A DNA stretch of 64,000 bases. It comes from Podarcis muralis. Taxonomy: Eukaryota. The notes under the pieces were generated by a model, which searched no databases, was not told where the DNA came from, and saw only the letters and a list, made by a program, of their open reading frames with translations. The translations under genes were made by a program, and so were the position numbers. Every line of letters begins with the position of its first letter. Position 1 is the stretch's first letter. Location of the stretch: contig NC_135667.1 in assembly GCF_964188315.1 (NCBI RefSeq), forward strand, positions 23,250,001-23,314,000, given 5' to 3'. Below, one piece after another: positions 62,548 to 64,000 of this stretch.

Positions 62548-62773
62548 NNNNNNNNNNNNNNNNNNNNNNNNNNNNNNNNNNNNNNNNNNNNNNNNNNNNN
62601 NNNNNNNNNNNNNNNNNNNNNNNNNNNNNNNNNNNNNNNNNNNNNNNNNNNNNNNNNNNNNNNNNNNNNNNNNNNNNNNNNNNNNNNNNNNNNNNNNNNN
62701 NNNNNNNNNNNNNNNNNNNNNNNNNNNNNNNNNNNNNNNNNNNNNNNNNNNNNNNNNNNNNNNNNNNNNNNNN
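62548..62773. other. Assembly gap (226 N)
   Basis: Run of n, flanked by pieces of an AT-rich repeat family also seen near 54110-54400 and 60230-60400. Confidence 0.99.
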
Positions 62774-63768
62774 TTGGAAAAATGAAACTGTGAGAAACAA
62801 AATTTGACAGTTTTACCCATCTCTAGCCACAGGGTTCCCATTCCTGATTTCAATAAATAAAAAAATAGGATAGTTTTTTAAAGGGCTGGTTGTGTTGCAT
62901 TGCCAGCTGAAACATTCGGTATGAGCATCACTCACCCCCTTTCTTGTTAGAATTATAGTCACCCCATCTTAGGATTCTTCCCACAATCCATCATAAGTCA
63001 TCCCAAATTAAGAACACCTAGAGCTAGATCCAGGTCCCTGAATCTAGAGGTCATCTTTGCCAGTGAGAAATGCAACTGTCCTGTGAATCGTTCATTCTTA
63101 TGGGAGAAAACCAAGTGCATTGGAATGGGAAGAATTGAGATCAGTTGAAGTAATTAATCATGTGAGAGTGGTTTCTTTCCATCCCATCCCTGACATAATT
63201 ATTTCATTTAAATTGAGCTGTCAGCAAAGAAGGGCACAGGTGTGAGTAGATGTGCCTTTCTTCTTCTTCTTTCTAAAATACAAGCACTTGCTACTAGAAA
63301 ACATCCTGAAGCCAAAAGTGTCATCCGGCCATTAAATTGTGGACACTGGAGTTTATGGAAGGTTGAACCTCCTATATTCTTACCACCTCAAAAAGAAAGA
63401 CAGGTTGGGCAGAGTGAGGTCTCAGTACTTGGCCATGGTCTTCCTATAATATCAAAAATATTAAGATCCTACTGCTCTATTAATTCAGTAAGTGGTAGCA
63501 GCTATAAGTTGTTGGTATATTTTAGGATAGGGTTTGCATCCAAGTGATAAGGCTCAGGCAATCCTAAAGCCATTTTATATTGGTTTTTGACACATCAGGG
63601 TAAAGAGAGACTCTGAAGGACACCAGGGCATGTCAGATTCAGCTAGTGGCATGCATATGTGTTGGTCTGTGTTTGCATGACAGACAGCCTGGACAGAGTG
63701 AGATCTTCATCTCATTTCAGGATACGGCAGCCTCCCAGCATACATATCTTGCCTCTGTTCTTCTGTAG

Positions 63769-63800
63769 ATGGATGTTGACCTGGCCAGACACTGGGGGAA
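63769..63800 (+). pseudogene. OR stub (MDVDLARHWGN) truncated at a deletion junction
   Basis: Acceptor plus atggatgttgacctggccagacactgg matches the OR start at 58696; sequence then switches to a copy of 57785 onward. Confidence 0.7.
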
Positions 63801-64000
63801 TGCAGGGAAATCAGACATTCCCCCTTTTAACCTACATTCAGGAAACGTGTAAGGAAAAAAATTAAATTATCCAGGCTTGTGACTAATAATTTTATGAAGC
63901 TGACCATAGATTATAATGCTGCTTTGAATTCTGTTACACAACATTTTTATTTTTGTGAGTTACCCTGGGCTCTCTTTGGGGAGGAAGGATGAGTTAGAAT
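63798..64000 (+). repeat. Segmental copy of 57785-about 57990 (OR upstream region)
   Basis: Colinear high similarity (gcagggaaatcagacattccccctttta...gagttagaat). Confidence 0.9.

Noticed and set aside
62431-62853. ORFs spanning the N run
   Set aside because: Artefacts of the assembly gap.
1-64000. Prokaryotic systems (CRISPR arrays, operons, defence islands)
   Set aside because: The sequence is intron-containing vertebrate DNA, with no regularly spaced repeat-spacer array.

Overview
Vertebrate genomic DNA, almost certainly from a squamate reptile and probably a lacertid lizard (Sauria SINEs, Squam3-type SINE, expanded V2R genes). Gene order: last exon of a vomeronasal type-2 receptor (V2R, +, 9-907); a multi-exon VWA5A-like VIT-vWA gene (-, 1791-19649; 17 coding exons rebuilt by hand with consistent splice phases, first coding exon not found); an ecto-ADP-ribosyltransferase of the ARTC (ART1/ART5) family (-, signal exon 35694-35765, catalytic exon 33349-34057, mini-exon 32503-32538, terminal exon unresolved); a complete 6-exon V2R (+, 40641-47838, 884 aa); two intact class II olfactory receptors (+); and an 11-codon OR stub at an apparent deletion junction near the window end. 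Introns and spacers hold many SINEs, L1/L2/CR1 fragments and hAT or Tc1/mariner MITEs. There is one 226-N assembly gap. Most notable observations: (1) an antisense 5' fragment of U2 snRNA fused head-to-head to a truncated L1 inside one 18-bp target-site duplication; (2) ART and VWA5A exons are co-oriented and phase-compatible, so a secreted ART-VIT-vWA fusion is possible but unproven; (3) a frameshifted beta-defensin-like six-Cys motif just upstream of the V2R; (4) an OR lost through a microhomology deletion. All exon boundaries were read by eye. Family assignments rest on remembered motifs, not on database searches.
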